Both the position numbers and the translations under genes were made by a program. Below the pieces are notes generated by a model. That model worked only from the letters and a program-made list of their open reading frames with translations, searched no databases and was not told where the DNA came from. Source: Laetmonice hystrix (lineage: Eukaryota). Taken from it: DNA of 64,000 nucleotides. The DNA lies in the NCBI GenBank assembly GCA_965235115.1, contig OZ249440.1:33730001-33794000 (forward strand), in the 5' to 3' direction. This document shows positions 38,769-52,181 of this stretch, one piece after another. Position 1 is the stretch's first letter, and the number at the start of each line of letters is the position of its first letter.

Positions 38769-41700
38769 GGGCCCGTTGCACTAACATAGGACTGGTCCTA
38801 CGTAGGACCAGTCCTAACTCTGACTGCGGTAGGACCAGTCCCCCAAAGTGTTGCACTAAACCAGTCCTACGGCGGTCCTACCGCCCTTTTTGTAGGACTG
38901 TTCCGTGACCATAGCAACGACATATAGGTTAATATCTGACCGTGACAACAGCGCTAATTAAACATCCGGTGGTGCGAGCTCATCATCGTTGATGTCGTCA
39001 AGATGGCCAACGTAACTGTAACTTCAGACAATGAATGTCAAGAAAAGCGTCAGGTAAGTATTTGCTGGTAGATCTAGGCTAAGTGATTTCCTTCAAAACC
39101 TCCTATGTCAACTATTTACTTTAATATACGCCCGTATATAGACTCTATGTGTGGACTCAAACTGTAGATCTTGTGCCAGACAACTGTGACGTACGTCGTT
39201 ATATGACGTCTAGTCGATCTGGATCTACTTCTGTCTGGGACTGGGGAGGCTAGGCTTCGTTAGAAACATAGAGGTCGCGACGTCACAATGAGAACATGTC
39301 TGACCGGTGTAGAGAAGCATTGTCTGCGACAGTCACTAGATTCTACTCGTGCTTGCGAATGGCCTATTTTCTTCTGGCAAACCCTAAAGTCAGCTTAAAA
39401 TAAAGAGGTTTGTGCAGGACGTTCGCCTAGCCGGTCCACTTATAATTTATAGAATGTTGACGAGGCCTCGGGCTTCTCAGTGTAAACTCATTAAAACTGT
39501 AACGTGTAAGAATCCCTCACCGCCCCAGCCTCAGGCTCAGGCTCAGAAGCGGGCCACGCACTGCCACTCTGGCCGTAAAAAAATAGGTAGATCTAGAACT
39601 GTTTTATATAATTCTACCATATGATATGACTAGTACTACGGCACTAGGCTAGCGCGAGCGGCCTAGCTATATGAGTATGACGCACTGCCCTCCCCGAGCC
39701 GATTGGTTGGCGGTCGGTCTGCCTGGCCGCGAGGCGATCGGCGCCGATCAAAAAGCATTTTTTTAGGCACGTTAGGCCTAGATCTAGTCTATAATTTATT
39801 GAATCGGCGAGCGACCGGGAGTGCTTTGTGGCGACTGGTCCCGACGGTATGACCCACTGACTGAGAGCGGCCCGATTTTTTCCAGTGCGTCATAGCCTTA
39901 GCTTAGGCTTAGGCCTACAGCAGTACAGGGTAGAAGTGGAATGAGTCTAGCCTAACCTGGGGTTCCAAGCCCATCAGCTTCATTTGTTTGGTGACAAGTA
40001 GGCCTAACTGGGACGATGCTATGTCTAGATCTAGCCTGGCTTGTTGGAGCTAGCTATTAAATCCAAGTGCGAAAAATTGGTCAGAGAGAGACCGCATGCA
40101 TGATGTACTGTTACTGTACTGTACTGATGCAGAGCCGTACAGACCTAGGCCTAAGCCCTAAGGCTAAGCCTTAATTTAAGGCTAATCTTATTAAAAAGGT
40201 CAGAGAGTAGATACGTGGCACGGCATTTTTTGGAACCACTGAGTGGTTCTCGTCCTAAACTAAACTTCAAGCCTATTCCTAGCCCTAGTTAACGCTAGGC
40301 CCTACTTACGTTTCAGCCATGCTCGTACTTCACTCAGCTGCTATTTGAGTATTTCAGTATTTGCCTTACTAGCCCTTAGTCATCCGGTTGAAGTTGAAAC
40401 ATAGATAGATAAATGTCAATGTCCATGATTAGCCCAGCCGAATACCCGACATCTCCGCCGCCTTCCTTTCTCTGCCTAGTATTGTAATTCCCTGTATGGC
40501 TGTAACGAGCACCGACGTCTCCGCCCCTCGTAGGCCTCGAGTACTACTACACAGGCTGTAGCCTACTCGTCGGCATGCCTCCTTAGCCAGGCTTAGGGGG
40601 CTACATGTGGAATTCTTATTCCTACGCTAGCTCGCGCCCAAAAGCATAAAGTAGGCCGTAGCTCGACCAATCATCTGTAGAGCTGCCCTTTCTTTGTTGT
40701 TTTCCTGCAGTTGCGGGTTTCGGTTACTCGGGTTGCACCCCCCCCCCCCCCATGACGTAATTTCTCTTTTTTCATAATTGAAAAGTTCACACAAAACATA
40801 CCCCCACACAATCCCCTCTCGCAACCCCACCCCATTAATTTATGTTAAAAAAGCAAAAAATGCCCTCCCCCGTGGTTTAATAACTGACCTCACCCGACCA
40901 ATAATTTTGGATTTTTTAGGCCGAGAGTTCTGATATGATGTAAAAGGTGTCCAGAATGCACCATTTTACTCTTAGTTTTACCAAATTTACGGGGGCTTGT
41001 GCCCCGAACCCCCTAGCAGGGAATCGCACCGATCGGGACTCGTGTCTGTATCATGACGAATTCACATCCCTGTAACTGTGTGGAGAGAATTTTCATCTCG
41101 CCAGCCCACCACGTGGAGGCAGTCTTGATTTCCCGCGCTTGCGTTCCCGCGCTCAGGCCTGCCTGTCCCAATATTCTTGCTGTCGCCCCCTGCCGTGTGT
41201 TTAGTTTGTGAACATTGGTGCCGAAATGAGTAGACCGAATACTTGTTTCCAAACTTTTAGCCCATATTTTTATTCTAATAAATTTACATCTCAGGGATGG
41301 AAATAGTGGGTATCGCATCGCATAATTTTGCGATCCATATACAGACCAAACTGTGATGTAATTTTCCAACTGGATCGCAGGAAACTGCGACTCAATATTT
41401 TCTGACGACTCCGGCGCCCCGCCTGCAGTGTCGCTCCTTAATTCGGCCGCCACCTCAGTTGAGCACCCGCCGGGCTGAGCTAACAAGTACCGGCCTACAG
41501 CTCTCGCGGCCTGCTGCCTATGGCGCGGAATAGGCTATGTCATATTTTCAAACATGAGACAACCTCCGTTTAACTTTTAAGGTAATTCCCCATGGTAACT
41601 TCTCCACAAAATGTTTGGGCGACAAAAAGTCAGGGATAGGAATAGGCATAGCTAAGATCCATACAACGAATGGAACAAGAAGTGTGGGGGGTGGGATCTC

Positions 41701-42043
41701 AGGGGCGGATCAAGCACTGCACCGCCCCCGTAGGCTGCATCTGCCCTCCGGACATTTGCTCCCGGATTTCTGCCCCTCGGACATTAATCCCTGTAGTACT
41801 TCTGCTCCCCTAGGACCCTAACTCTAACCCTGTCCTACGGGGTTTAATGTCCGGTGGTGAATGTTGGGGGGGGGGGGCAGATGTCCTAGGGGGGCAGAAG
41901 TCCGGGGGCAAATGTCCAGGGGGGAAGTGCCCTGATACCGAAGTGGAGGTAGGCACTATGTAGTATAATTAAAGTGGGGTGTATGTATAATACTGATAAA
42001 CATACCTTTATTATAATAATAATAAAATAGTAGTAGTAGTAAT

Positions 42044-45000
42044 AACTAGACGCCATGTGGCAGGGGCCACATGAGATCCCATCCCCTCTAGGAAGGATAG
42101 GCCTGCATATTTACATAGCCTATGTAGCAAGGCCCTTTTTATGTCATTTGCTATGTATCCTTTCTTTTCCTTTTAAGAAGTAGGGCTTTATCTTGCATCG
42201 TTTCTGAGTTATGAGCCTTAGAAGATGGCAATGACATCATTATGACGTCATATGTCCCATTACTGACTCTATCTTCCACCAGTTACAAGTTATAACCCTG
42301 AGAAAATATAGATAGCACCATTATGACGTCATAGTTCACGTGACCTGAATTATAGTGGTGTCAAACGAAAGAGAATGTATGATTTCCTATTAGTGTTTAA
42401 TAGTAACTATGGCTCTAACTTGAACCATTTACAAGTTATAGCCCTGAGAAAATATCGATGACATCATTATGACATCATCGCTCACGTGACCTAAAATAAT
42501 ATTGTGCGAAATGAAAGAGCATATATATGACTTCCTATTTGACATCAATAGCAGCTATGCCTCTAAATTCAACCATTTACCATTTATAGTTCTGAGATAA
42601 TATTGAAATCTTTATGCCGTCATAGGTCATGTGACCTAAAAAATAATCGTGTCAAACCAAAGATGTATGACTTCCTCATAAACCCAATGGTCAAAACCAA
42701 ACATTGATATCTTTAACCGTTTTCGAGATATCACTGATTTTTAGTTGAAAATGACCTAAAAGGGCCAACTTTGAGGGGCCATAACATGAAAACTACTGAA
42801 TCTAGGGGGGCCATCTCGGAGTCAGAGACAGTTGACCTATTATGCAATCCAATGGTGCTGAAATCGGAAATTAGGTCAACTTGGCCGCCATCTTGGATTT
42901 TTCAAATTCGGGGAAAATGGGTCAAGTTTTTCATCTTAAACCTAATGCTGAAAACCAGACATTGATATCTTTAACGGTTTTCGAGATATCACTGATTTTG
43001 GTTGAAAATACCCTAAAAGGGCCAACTTTGAGGGACCATCACATGGAAACTATTGAATTTAGGGGACCCATGTCAGTGTCAGAGACAGTTGACGTATTAC
43101 CCAATTCAATGATGCAGAAATCGGAAATTAGGTCAACTTGGCCGCCATGTTGGATTTTTCAAATTTAGGGGAAAATGGGTCACGTCTTTCATCCTAAACC
43201 CAATGGTGAAAACCAGACATTGATATCTTTAACCGTTTTCGAGATATCACGGATTTCTGGTTGAAAATGACCCAAAAGGGCCAACTTTGAGGGGCCATAA
43301 CATGGAAACTACTGAATTTAGGGGGGCCATCTCGGAGTCAGAGACAGTTGACCTATTATGCAATCCAATGGTGCTGAAATCGGAAATTAGGTCAACTTGG
43401 CCGCCATCTTGGATTTTTTAAATTCAGGAAAAATGGGTCATGTTTTTCATCCTAAACCTAATGGTGCAAATCAGACATTGATATCTTTAGCCGTTTTCGA
43501 GATATCACTGATTTTTGGTTGAAAATGACCTAAAAGGGCCAACTTTGAGGGGCCATAACATGGAAACTACTGAATTTAGGGGAGCCATCTCGGAGTCAGA
43601 GACAGTTGACCTATTATGCAATCCAATGGTGCTGAAATCGGAAATTAGGTCAACTTGGCCGCCATCTTGGATTTTTTAAATTCAGGAAAAATGGGTCATG
43701 TTTTTCATCCTAAACCTAATAGTGAAAACCAGACATTGATATCTTTAACGGTTTTCGAGATATCACTGATTTTTGGTTGAAAATGACCTAAAAGGGCCAA
43801 CTTTGAGGGGCCATAACATGAAAACTACTGAATTTAGGGGGGCCATCTCGGAGTCAGAGACAGTTGACCTATTATGCAATCCAATGGTGCTGAAATCGGA
43901 AATTAGGTCAACTTGGCCGCCATCTTGGATTTTTCAAATTCGGTGGAAATGGGTCAAGGTTTTCATCCTAAACCTAATGGTGAAAACCAGACATTGATAT
44001 CTTTAGCCGTTTTCGAGATATCACTGATTTTTGGTTGAAAATGACCCAAAAGGGCCAACTTTGAGGGCCCATAACATAGAAACTACTGAATTTAGGGGAG
44101 CCATCTCGGAGTCAGAGACAGTTGACCTATTACCCAATCCAATGGTGCTGAAATCGGAAATTAGGTCAACTTGGCCGCCATCTTGGATTTTTCAAATTTG
44201 GGGAAAATGGGTCAAGTTTTTCATCCTAAACCTAATAGTGAAAACCAGACATTGATATCTTTAACGGTTTTCGAGATATCACTGATTTTGGTTGAAAATA
44301 CCCTAAAAGGGCCAACTTTGAGGGACCATCACATGGAAACTATTGAATTTAGGGGACCCATGTCAGTGTCAGAGACAGTTGACGTATTACCCAATTCAAT
44401 GATGCAGAAATCGGAAATTAGGTCAACTTGGCCGCCATGTTGGATTTTTCAAATTTAGGGGAAAATGGGTCACGTCTTTCATCCTAAACCCAATGGTGAA
44501 AACCAGACATTGATATCTTTAACCGTTTTCGAGATATCACGGATTTCTGGTTGAAAATGACCCAAAAGGGCCAACTTTGAGGGGCCATAACATGGAAACT
44601 ACTGAATTTAGGGGGGCCATCTCGGAGTCAGAGACAGTTGACCTATTATGCAATCCAATGGTGCTGAAATCGGAAATTAGGTCAACTTGGCCGCCATCTT
44701 GGATTTTTTAAATTCAGGAAAAATGGGTCATGTTTTTCATCCTAAACCTAATGGTGCAAATCAGACATTGATATCTTTAGCCGTTTTCGAGATATCACTG
44801 ATTTTTGGTTGAAAATGACCTAAAAGGGCCAACTTTGAGGGGCCATAACATGGAAACTACTGAATTTAGGGGAGCCATCTCGGAGTCAGAGACAGTTGAC
44901 CTATTATGCAATCCAATGGTGCTGAAATCGGAAATTAGGTCAACTTGGCCGCCATCTTGGATTTTTTAAATTCAGGAAAAATGGGTCATGTTTTTCATCC

Positions 45001-46243
45001 TAAACCTAATAGTGAAAACCAGACATTGATATCTTTAACGGTTTTCGAGATATCACTGATTTTTGGTTGAAAATGACCTAAAAGGGCCAACTTTGAGGGG
45101 CCATAACATGAAAACTACTGAATTTAGGGAGGCCATCTCGGAGTCAGAGACAGTTGACCTATTATGCAATCCAATGGTGCTGAAATCGGAAATTAGGTCA
45201 ACTTCGCCGCCATCTTGGATTTTTCAAATTCGGTGGAAATGGGTCAAGGTTTTCATCCTAAACCTAATGGTGAAAACCAGACATTGATATCTTTAACCGT
45301 TTTCGAGATATCACTGATTTTTAGTTGAAAATGACCCAAAAGGGCCAACTTTGAGGGCCCATAACATAGAAACTACTGAATTTAGGGGAGCCATCTCGGA
45401 GTCAGAGACAGTTGACCTATTACCCAATCCAATGGTGCTGAAATCGGAAATTAGGTCAACTTGGCCGCCATCTTGGATTTTTCAAATTCGTGGGAAATCG
45501 GTCAAATCCTGAACCCAATGGTAAAATTCCGAAAGATATCACCTTCACTCTATTTTCAGTTGTTACCCGTGAAGAAAGCATTTTAGTAGTCTGTACCACA
45601 AATTGTACTTTTGGGCCATCGTACTTTTGTGAGTAGTCTCACAAATGGTGAATGATATCAGGCTTTTTTAGCTTGTAAATTGAGTAATACTCCTTTCTTG
45701 CAATTTTACTCATCTTTGAGGTCACGCGACTCCCTTAATATAGGTCAAATCGCTCATCTCAAAACGTTCCTGTACTGAGGCCACTAATGTCCTTGCTTGA
45801 GTTCAGTTTTATGGAATTTCTTCAAAATTTGTGGGACTAGTAGGGATTTAAGTAACTGCAACATTTTGACCTTAGTGTCATATAGGTCAAAGGTCAAAGG
45901 TCAAATTGACCAAACAAAATTTAGGGGATCATGTCCCAATAACAATGGTATGAGTTGTTTAAAAAAAATCTTCATTTTCAATGAAATATTGGCCTTTATA
46001 TATGGAACCATTAGTACGTCATAACTCCATGACGTTACGTCATATGACGTCATAACTCATTTGCATAGTAGAGAATCCCAGTACCTATCTCCCCACCAAG
46101 TTTCATTAAGATATCTTAAAAAATGACCAAAATACGACCATGGGTTAACGACTACTACTACTACTACACCCTACATGTATAATAATAATAGGGAAGATGA
46201 AACCATACAACTTCAAGATCCCATCCCCTTCAGGGGGGATGGG

Positions 46244-46245
<2 letters not shown>
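42044..46245 (+). mobile_element. Helentron-type non-autonomous element containing a satellite
   Basis: AGATCCCATCCCCT near both ends, (ACT)n, terminal hairpin ATCCCATCCCC..GGGGATGGGAT; flanked by (TAA)/(TAG) tracts. Confidence 0.72.
42680..45525 (+). repeat. 258-bp satellite, about 11 units, 1290-bp higher-order period
   Basis: Units at about 42747, 43004, 43263, 43521, 43779, 44037, 44294, 44553, 44811, 45069, 45328; a variant unit recurs at 43021 and 44311. Confidence 0.95.
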
Positions 46246-46276
<31 letters not shown>

Positions 46277-47839
46277 GTAATAATAATAGTAATAAATGAA
46301 AAACATTTTCACACAGTAATCCCTCTTTTCACAGAAAGCAAGGAATTTTACACCAACCGAGATAGAAGTACTGATTGATGTTGTCGAGGAGAGGTACGAA
46401 CTGTTAAATGCAGCTCTCAGTACCTCTGTATCGCATACGAGGAAAGTGCAAGTACGTTTGCTCTATTTTCTTTAATTAGCAATTATATCATGTTTATCTT
46501 TTATGATCGAGACCATTATAAGTACCGTATCATTAACAATTACCTTAAAGATGTACTTTCGGTGAAGAATGAACTCTATAGCTTGGTAAATTTTGCTCAC
46601 TATGTATACACTAATGAGGCATGGAAGGAGATCACAAACGCTGTGATTGCAGTTGGAGGATGCCCCAGAAGCGTGCAGCAAGTGAAGAAAAAATGGTTTT
46701 CACTCGTATCAGAGGTGAAGCCCAAAGTAAGCACATTTAAGAAAGTATATTTTTATCACAGTTCCAGTGACAAAGCTGCTTTTTGATTGGTCCTTTATTA
46801 ACACCGCCAGCGTATTTTGAACCAACTGAGGTACAAAAACCTAGGCTTTTTACACTGTCTGGGTAATTTTTCTATGCCAACCAGTGGTGGCGCTGCGGCA
46901 TACCCGACCTCCCAGCCTTGGAACAGTAGGGATGACGTCAGAGTCGGTGATCCATCTCCTACACATCTATGGTAGGGCTACATAAGACTTTTGACAGCAT
47001 TGGTCTTTAAATAGCTTTGTGCTCCAAAATGCATCAGATTTCACCAAAGTACACCTTGAATTTGAAAATTTTCCGGGGGGCATGCCCCCGGACGCCCTAG
47101 CAAGGCTTTGTGCCTTCGGCGCTCCTATACAGTCACACCGGTTGCGCCCCTAAAAACGTTGGACCCCCCTACTTGAAAAAGCTGGATCCGTCCCTGTACC
47201 ATCTCTTGTTTAGCCCATAGACCATGTTGGGCCTTCCTATTTGATTTTGAGGAAAAAGACCTCATGCGTGAATGTATTCAAATAATGAGTGAGGTTTACC
47301 GATTTTTTACGAGGCTTTTTGCTTCTGTAAGTTCTGATAAATATTGCTTGATACTGTTTTTAGTGATGTCAACGGCCAGGTGGGGCCCACCTAAAAAAAA
47401 TTTTTTGCCTCGCTACGCTCGGCATGATTTCATTGTAATTGTAGGTACTAATAGTATGATACATCTTCATACAAAAAAGGAAGATCTAAGGGGGGCAAGC
47501 CCCCTGATGAATCCCTCACTGATTAATACATTAATCTTGAGCAAAAGGTCGGCACCGAAAGCAATTTCTTTAGTTTGATGCTGAGAAGCCGGGAAATAGC
47601 ATCGATCGCCTTTTATATTCCCAAATATTTTAAGTCGGACCCCCTTCCCCTCTCGGCGCGGGCACCTTCTGACCCCCCCCCCCCCCCCCCCGCAAAGAAA
47701 ATCCTGGATCCGCCCCTTGGGGGGGGTGAATACACTGTTATTTTGCAATTCTTATGGTACATAAATCTCGGGGGGAAAGGTCAAACACCCCAAGATTGTC
47801 CCCCCCCCACTTTGAAATAGGCAGCAGCGCCCCTGGTTA

Positions 47840-48224
47840 TGAATTCAAAGAGGAGAACATTGAGAAACCCTCAGCTGAAAGTTTTGTGAAGAAGGTCTAT
47901 TCACATATACTAGAACAAGAATTTAATGAACGCGTGACGAAACGGTGCTACGGATGCATTCACAACCGGCCTGGCCAGCGGGACCACATGGACAACGGTT
48001 GTTTGTCTGAAAAGGAGGATCTCGTCCGTTTCCATGCCCACGCCTGCCACAGGATATCTGCACGTCGGCTGGGAGAAGCATGTCTGGTATTGGCCTTTTA
48101 CTACGAAATAGATTTCCAGTACGCAGTGCTAACTAATTTCCTGAGACATGTTAACCCTAGAAATGTTCTGATGGAGACGGATTCCTTCAGTATCTACGAG
48201 TATGGTGAACTCGACGGACTGTGA
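47840..48224 (+). CDS. Polinton hypothetical protein with CxGC..H..GC motif (5' end lost)
   Basis: CYGCIHNRPGQRDHMDNGCL. Confidence 0.6.
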
Positions 48225-48416
48225 AAAACAAAAATAAGATGTAAAAATGATGAATACAATCGAAATATGAACTAGTAAAACAAAGTTTGTTGTTTATGAC
48301 AGAGAGAGCTCCTCTCCCCTACACTCCGCCCTCGAACCTTACACTATCAGGGTACTATAAATGACTGACTTAAGCGTGATCCCCCTCATTTACACCAATA
48401 CCTTTTAACTGGCAAC

Positions 48417-48887
48417 ATGGTAAACTATGACAGTGAAGCGGCCGTTAGTATGACGACAGTAAACCCCTCGCCTGGTGAAACACGCACACAACACAGAAAA
48501 AGATTGACGTTGATTGCTTTGGGACTAGTGTGTACTTGTATTGTGTCTCTAAGTGCCAAAATGGACGTCGGATCCCTGGGGAAAGATGCGTGTCGTATAA
48601 TTGAACCTTTGATTGCACCAAGCGTACACAACCCGGTAAACACAACAAATACAACCTGTTCGTTTCTAAGGCAATACACTATAGGAAACGGCGGCAAGCG
48701 CTTCACAGTCTGCGTATATGAGGACCGTGTTAGGCTGGACGTGTGTCAATTTGCCCACATCATCGAAAGGATGATATTATCTCATGAAGAATACGTGAGC
48801 TTCAGTGGACAATGGAACCGTATCAGAGAGGATATAGACGCCGCAGTAAACGGGACAGGGAATCACGTGACGTCCTCTACAGTCTGA
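48417..48887 (+). CDS. Polinton protein: hydrophobic N-terminal helix + divergent PC4-like domain
   Basis: LTLIALGLVCTCIVSL; YTIGNGGKRFTVCVYEDRVRLDVCQF; TATAAA at 48356 and TCATT at 48386. Confidence 0.6.
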   Translation: MVNYDSEAAVSMTTVNPSPGETRTQHRKRLTLIALGLVCTCIVSLSAKMDVGSLGKDACRIIEPLIAPSVHNPVNTTNTTCSFLRQYTIGNGGKRFTVCVYEDRVRLDVCQFAHIIERMILSHEEYVSFSGQWNRIREDIDAAVNGTGNHVTSSTV

Positions 48888-48948
48888 TGACTATTGACAT
48901 TTGTATATATATATATATATATATATATATAAGTACATGCAGTTCAAC

Positions 48949-50015
48949 ATGTCAGACGATACACACTCCGTTGTTGTTGAAGCGTTGTGGGAGACGGCGA
49001 GTTTAATACCTTTCAAGCCCAACTCCAGCATATGTGTGGTGGGCTGTACGGGGAGTGGGAAGACTTACTGGACCTACAAACGGCTGCGTCACATGAAGGG
49101 TATGTTTGCGGTGGACCAACCCAAGCACATGTTGTTTTGCTATGGCGTCTGGCAGTCTCTATAATGCGGAGATGGAAAAGAATGTGCCCAACCTGACGCT
49201 ACACGAGGGTTTACCATCCTCAAAACTACTCGACATATCTGACAACGGATGTCATAACGTGGTCATCATAGACGATTTAATTGATCAGATGGTTAAAAGT
49301 CCTGAAATGGAGTTATTATTAACCCTTTCAGGGCGGACGATGCCTTGAGGCATTACCGTCCCAGGGCAGACGATGCCTTGAGGCATTACCGCCCCAGGGC
49401 AGACGATGCCTTGAGGAACTTTTTTGTCTACTCCGACCACTCCACGTAAATCCGGCCCATTTATAGCAAAGACTGTCAATCACCCAACTACAATTGTCGA
49501 GTAGCTGTACTAACTCCTCCCCCTTACATATTACGTTGATTGCTATTGTCTTTTAGACATTTGTGTGTCCCAAAATCACGTTTTGCAAGACGAAAATCCA
49601 AAATGGCTCGCCCACGTGGGGTGGTGCGCAAAACTGGGTCAGCCTCTGCGACGACTGTGACGTAACAAACGTCGCTGGCATAGGGTTAACCAGAGGTTGC
49701 CATCACAAGAACTTTAGCGTGATTTATCTGACACAGAACTTATTCCAAGCAGGACGAAATGCCCGGACGATAGCTTTGAATACCTGGTACCTTGTCATGT
49801 TCAAGAATCTACGAGATGCATCGCAGATAGGTTACTTGGCCAAGCAAATGTTCCCCGGTAAAACGGCCGTCTTAAAGGAAGCCTACGAGGATGCTATTAG
49901 CGAAGCCTATGGATACTTGGTGATTGACAGCTCTCCACATGCAAACTCTGCATACAGACTACGTACTCGGATATTCCCCAACGAGGACCCATTGGTGTAC
50001 GTGTCTAAGGTATAA
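48949..50015 (+). pseudogene. Genome-packaging ATPase (A32/FtsK-HerA type), frameshift plus insertion
   Basis: Walker A GCTGSGKT, Walker B VVIIDD, TRGCHH..IYLTQNLF, YGYLVID, RLRT. Confidence 0.92.
49323..49685. mobile_element. piggyBac-type non-autonomous element
   Basis: CCCT..AGGG ends, TTAA TSD, internal 33-bp tandem repeats; removal restores ELLLTRGCHH. Confidence 0.85.
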
Positions 50016-50062
50016 AAGGCTCAGCCGAAACGGTGGTCGCCTCATTTGGCAACGGGCGAGCT

Positions 50063-50386
50063 ATGACCAAACGTATCAGACAGAACTGGCCTCTGCTGTA
50101 TTTCCTCATGCAGAAACTAGCGGCAGCTCAGCTAAAAGCCGTATTAACCACTCTGACATTGGAACAGGTCAATGCCATCGGCGAGGTAGCAGTGAACGTG
50201 TTGTATGGGACCATACCGATCCGAGATGCTGACAAACGACTGCTGAAATGTTACGTCACTAAGATTGAATATATTGGAGATTCAAACAACAGCATCAAGA
50301 AGAGAAAAAGAACCATTGTGGGGAATCCCACTATAGTGACCTTATTGTTGACCGCCGCCAAGCCACTACTCAAGGGTCTACTGTGA
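50063..50386 (+). CDS. Small Polinton protein of unknown function
   Basis: AIGEVAVNVLYGTIPI..K.LL pattern; TATAAAA at 50011 and TCATT at 50042. Confidence 0.65.
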   Translation: MTKRIRQNWPLLYFLMQKLAAAQLKAVLTTLTLEQVNAIGEVAVNVLYGTIPIRDADKRLLKCYVTKIEYIGDSNNSIKKRKRTIVGNPTIVTLLLTAAKPLLKGLL

Positions 50387-50388
50387 GA

Positions 50389-50646
50389 ATGAGCACTCGC
50401 AAATTGGTTCCTGTACCCATTGAGAAATACAAGTTATTGCGAAGAGAGACTGAGAAGACTTGTACAGATGCTGCTACGCAGACTACTGAAACAATACCGG
50501 ATCAAAAACAAGATACATACGACCTCCAACAGGAAGCCGTAGATGGACCGCCTCAAGAAATAATCGAATATAGAAAGGCACCTAAAAGAATGAAATTTGA
50601 GGAAAACCGCCCCCGTCGTCGCCGACTGTCTTGGATAAAGTTGTAA
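50389..50646 (+). CDS. Small basic-tailed hypothetical protein
   Basis: Exactly fills the gap between neighbouring genes; KLVPVPIEKYKLL..WIKL. Confidence 0.5.
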   Translation: MSTRKLVPVPIEKYKLLRRETEKTCTDAATQTTETIPDQKQDTYDLQQEAVDGPPQEIIEYRKAPKRMKFEENRPRRRRLSWIKL

Positions 50647-50647
50647 A

Positions 50648-51743
50648 ATGGCTCTGAAGAGGATCTACACCCAACCGTCCCAACCTGGTAGTTTTCAAGG
50701 ACCTCAGAAGTTGTACTCTAGTGCCAAGAATGCCGGTTTAACCGACGTGCGACAAAAGGACGTGAAAACATATCTACAGAGGGAATCTACCTATACTTTA
50801 AACAGAACTGTGACCAACAGATTTCCCAGGAACCGTGTGGTCGTCGAGGGCATCGATTCACAATGGGATGTGGATTAAGCCGATATGAGCCTATTGGAAA
50901 AAAATAGCAAAGGATTTAAATATTTCTTGCTGGCCATTGACGTGTTTAGCCGTCACATGTGGGTTAGACGTTTGAAGACTAAAAATGCTGTCGACGTTGT
51001 GTTGTGTTTGGCATCCATTCTGAAGGAAGGACGCAAACCTGAGACTGTCAGAACAGACGGGGGTAGAGCGTTTTAAAATGCTCGAGTCAAGACCTTCCTT
51101 GGGTCTAGGGACATACATTTGTTTAGTACGTACAATCAGACTCAGGCAAACTGCAGAACGAGCCATAAAGACGCTTAAGAGCAAAGTGTATCGGTACATG
51201 ATCCACAGAAATACCTTACACTATGCTGACGTTCTTTTGAAACTGGTGGACAGATACAACAATACGGTACACACCAGCTTAGGCAGGACGCCTGCTTTAA
51301 TCAACCGAAACAACCAGGGCGAAGCGAGGCTTGAGCAGTATCTGCTGAGAAGACGTCGAAATAAAAAGAAGCAGGGGATCCCTGAACAGCAACGCATGTG
51401 GTTCAGCGTCGGGGACAAAGTACGCATTTCTTATCAGCGAGAACCGTTTGATCGAGAATATGGGCAAAAGTGGTCAGGGGAGGTGTTTTACGTCTCTGAA
51501 ACACGCATGCGCAATGGGATTCTTATTTACAAATTAAAGGACTGGAATGACGAGGCTATAAAAGGAACGTTCTACAATCAACAACTTCAGAAGGTGGATG
51601 TCCGTGCACAGGATGCGTTCAAAATAGAGAAAATCTTAAAACGGCGCAAGCTCCGGGGCAAGAACCAGGTCTTTGTCAAATGGTTACATTGGCCAAAGAA
51701 ATTTAATCAGTGGATCGACGAGAGAGATTTGACGCGGCCTTGA
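50648..51743 (+). pseudogene. Retroviral-type (rve) integrase with C-terminal chromodomain
   Basis: QWDVD*ADM, IDVFSR, RTDGG, AERAIKTLK, IEKILKRR..FVKWLHWPKKFNQWI; stops and a frameshift. Confidence 0.93.
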
Positions 51744-51753
51744 TAAAAAAAGA

Positions 51754-52176
51754 ATGGACGGATTTTACCCATTCCTGACGAGCAGCGACTCCCTGGACTG
51801 TTTTCCGGATAACCCGCCATCCAAGTTTACTGTGAAATTACCACAAACACTGCATTTAAATGCAGGTACATGGATGTGTGCACTCACCGACTTGAAATGT
51901 GAAACCCATACCCCCACAGACTTATAAGTGTATTGCGACATCGTTGTGGACAGTTATGTTTGAAACAGGAAGCTACCTATTCTGCGGCAAGTACCCAGGA
52001 ACGTGTCGGGTAACATAAGGGAAAGCTTTCATACCTCTTCTATGGCATTAAGGTTAACACGGCAGGTACTAAACTCTGTAACCGTGTTCATAAAGGATGC
52101 CAACATGCGTGTTCCCCCATTCACCAGCGAACCTTTGACCTGTACACTCGACTTCTTTAAGAAACAATGGTTGTGA
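51754..52176 (+). pseudogene. Minor capsid (penton-like) protein
   Basis: FY.FLTSSDSLDCFPDN..SKFTVKLP..L.L..W.CAL; VYCDIV..S..LPILR; internal stops. Confidence 0.7.
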
Positions 52177-52181
52177 CACGA

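Larger units (their letters stand above)
38769..46730 (+). mobile_element. Harbinger element left end with spliced Myb/SANT-like gene
   Basis: Terminus GGGCCCGTTGCACTAAC; exons 39003-39053 MANV..KRQ|gtaagt, 46335-46451 KARN/TPTEIEVLIDVV (1-nt frameshift), 46619-46726 AWKEIT..RSVQQVKKKW. Confidence 0.7.

Noticed and set aside
42680..45525. CRISPR-like array or repeated small ORFs
   Set aside because: Whole 258-bp units repeat without unique spacers, no cas genes, eukaryotic context; the ORFs are satellite by-products
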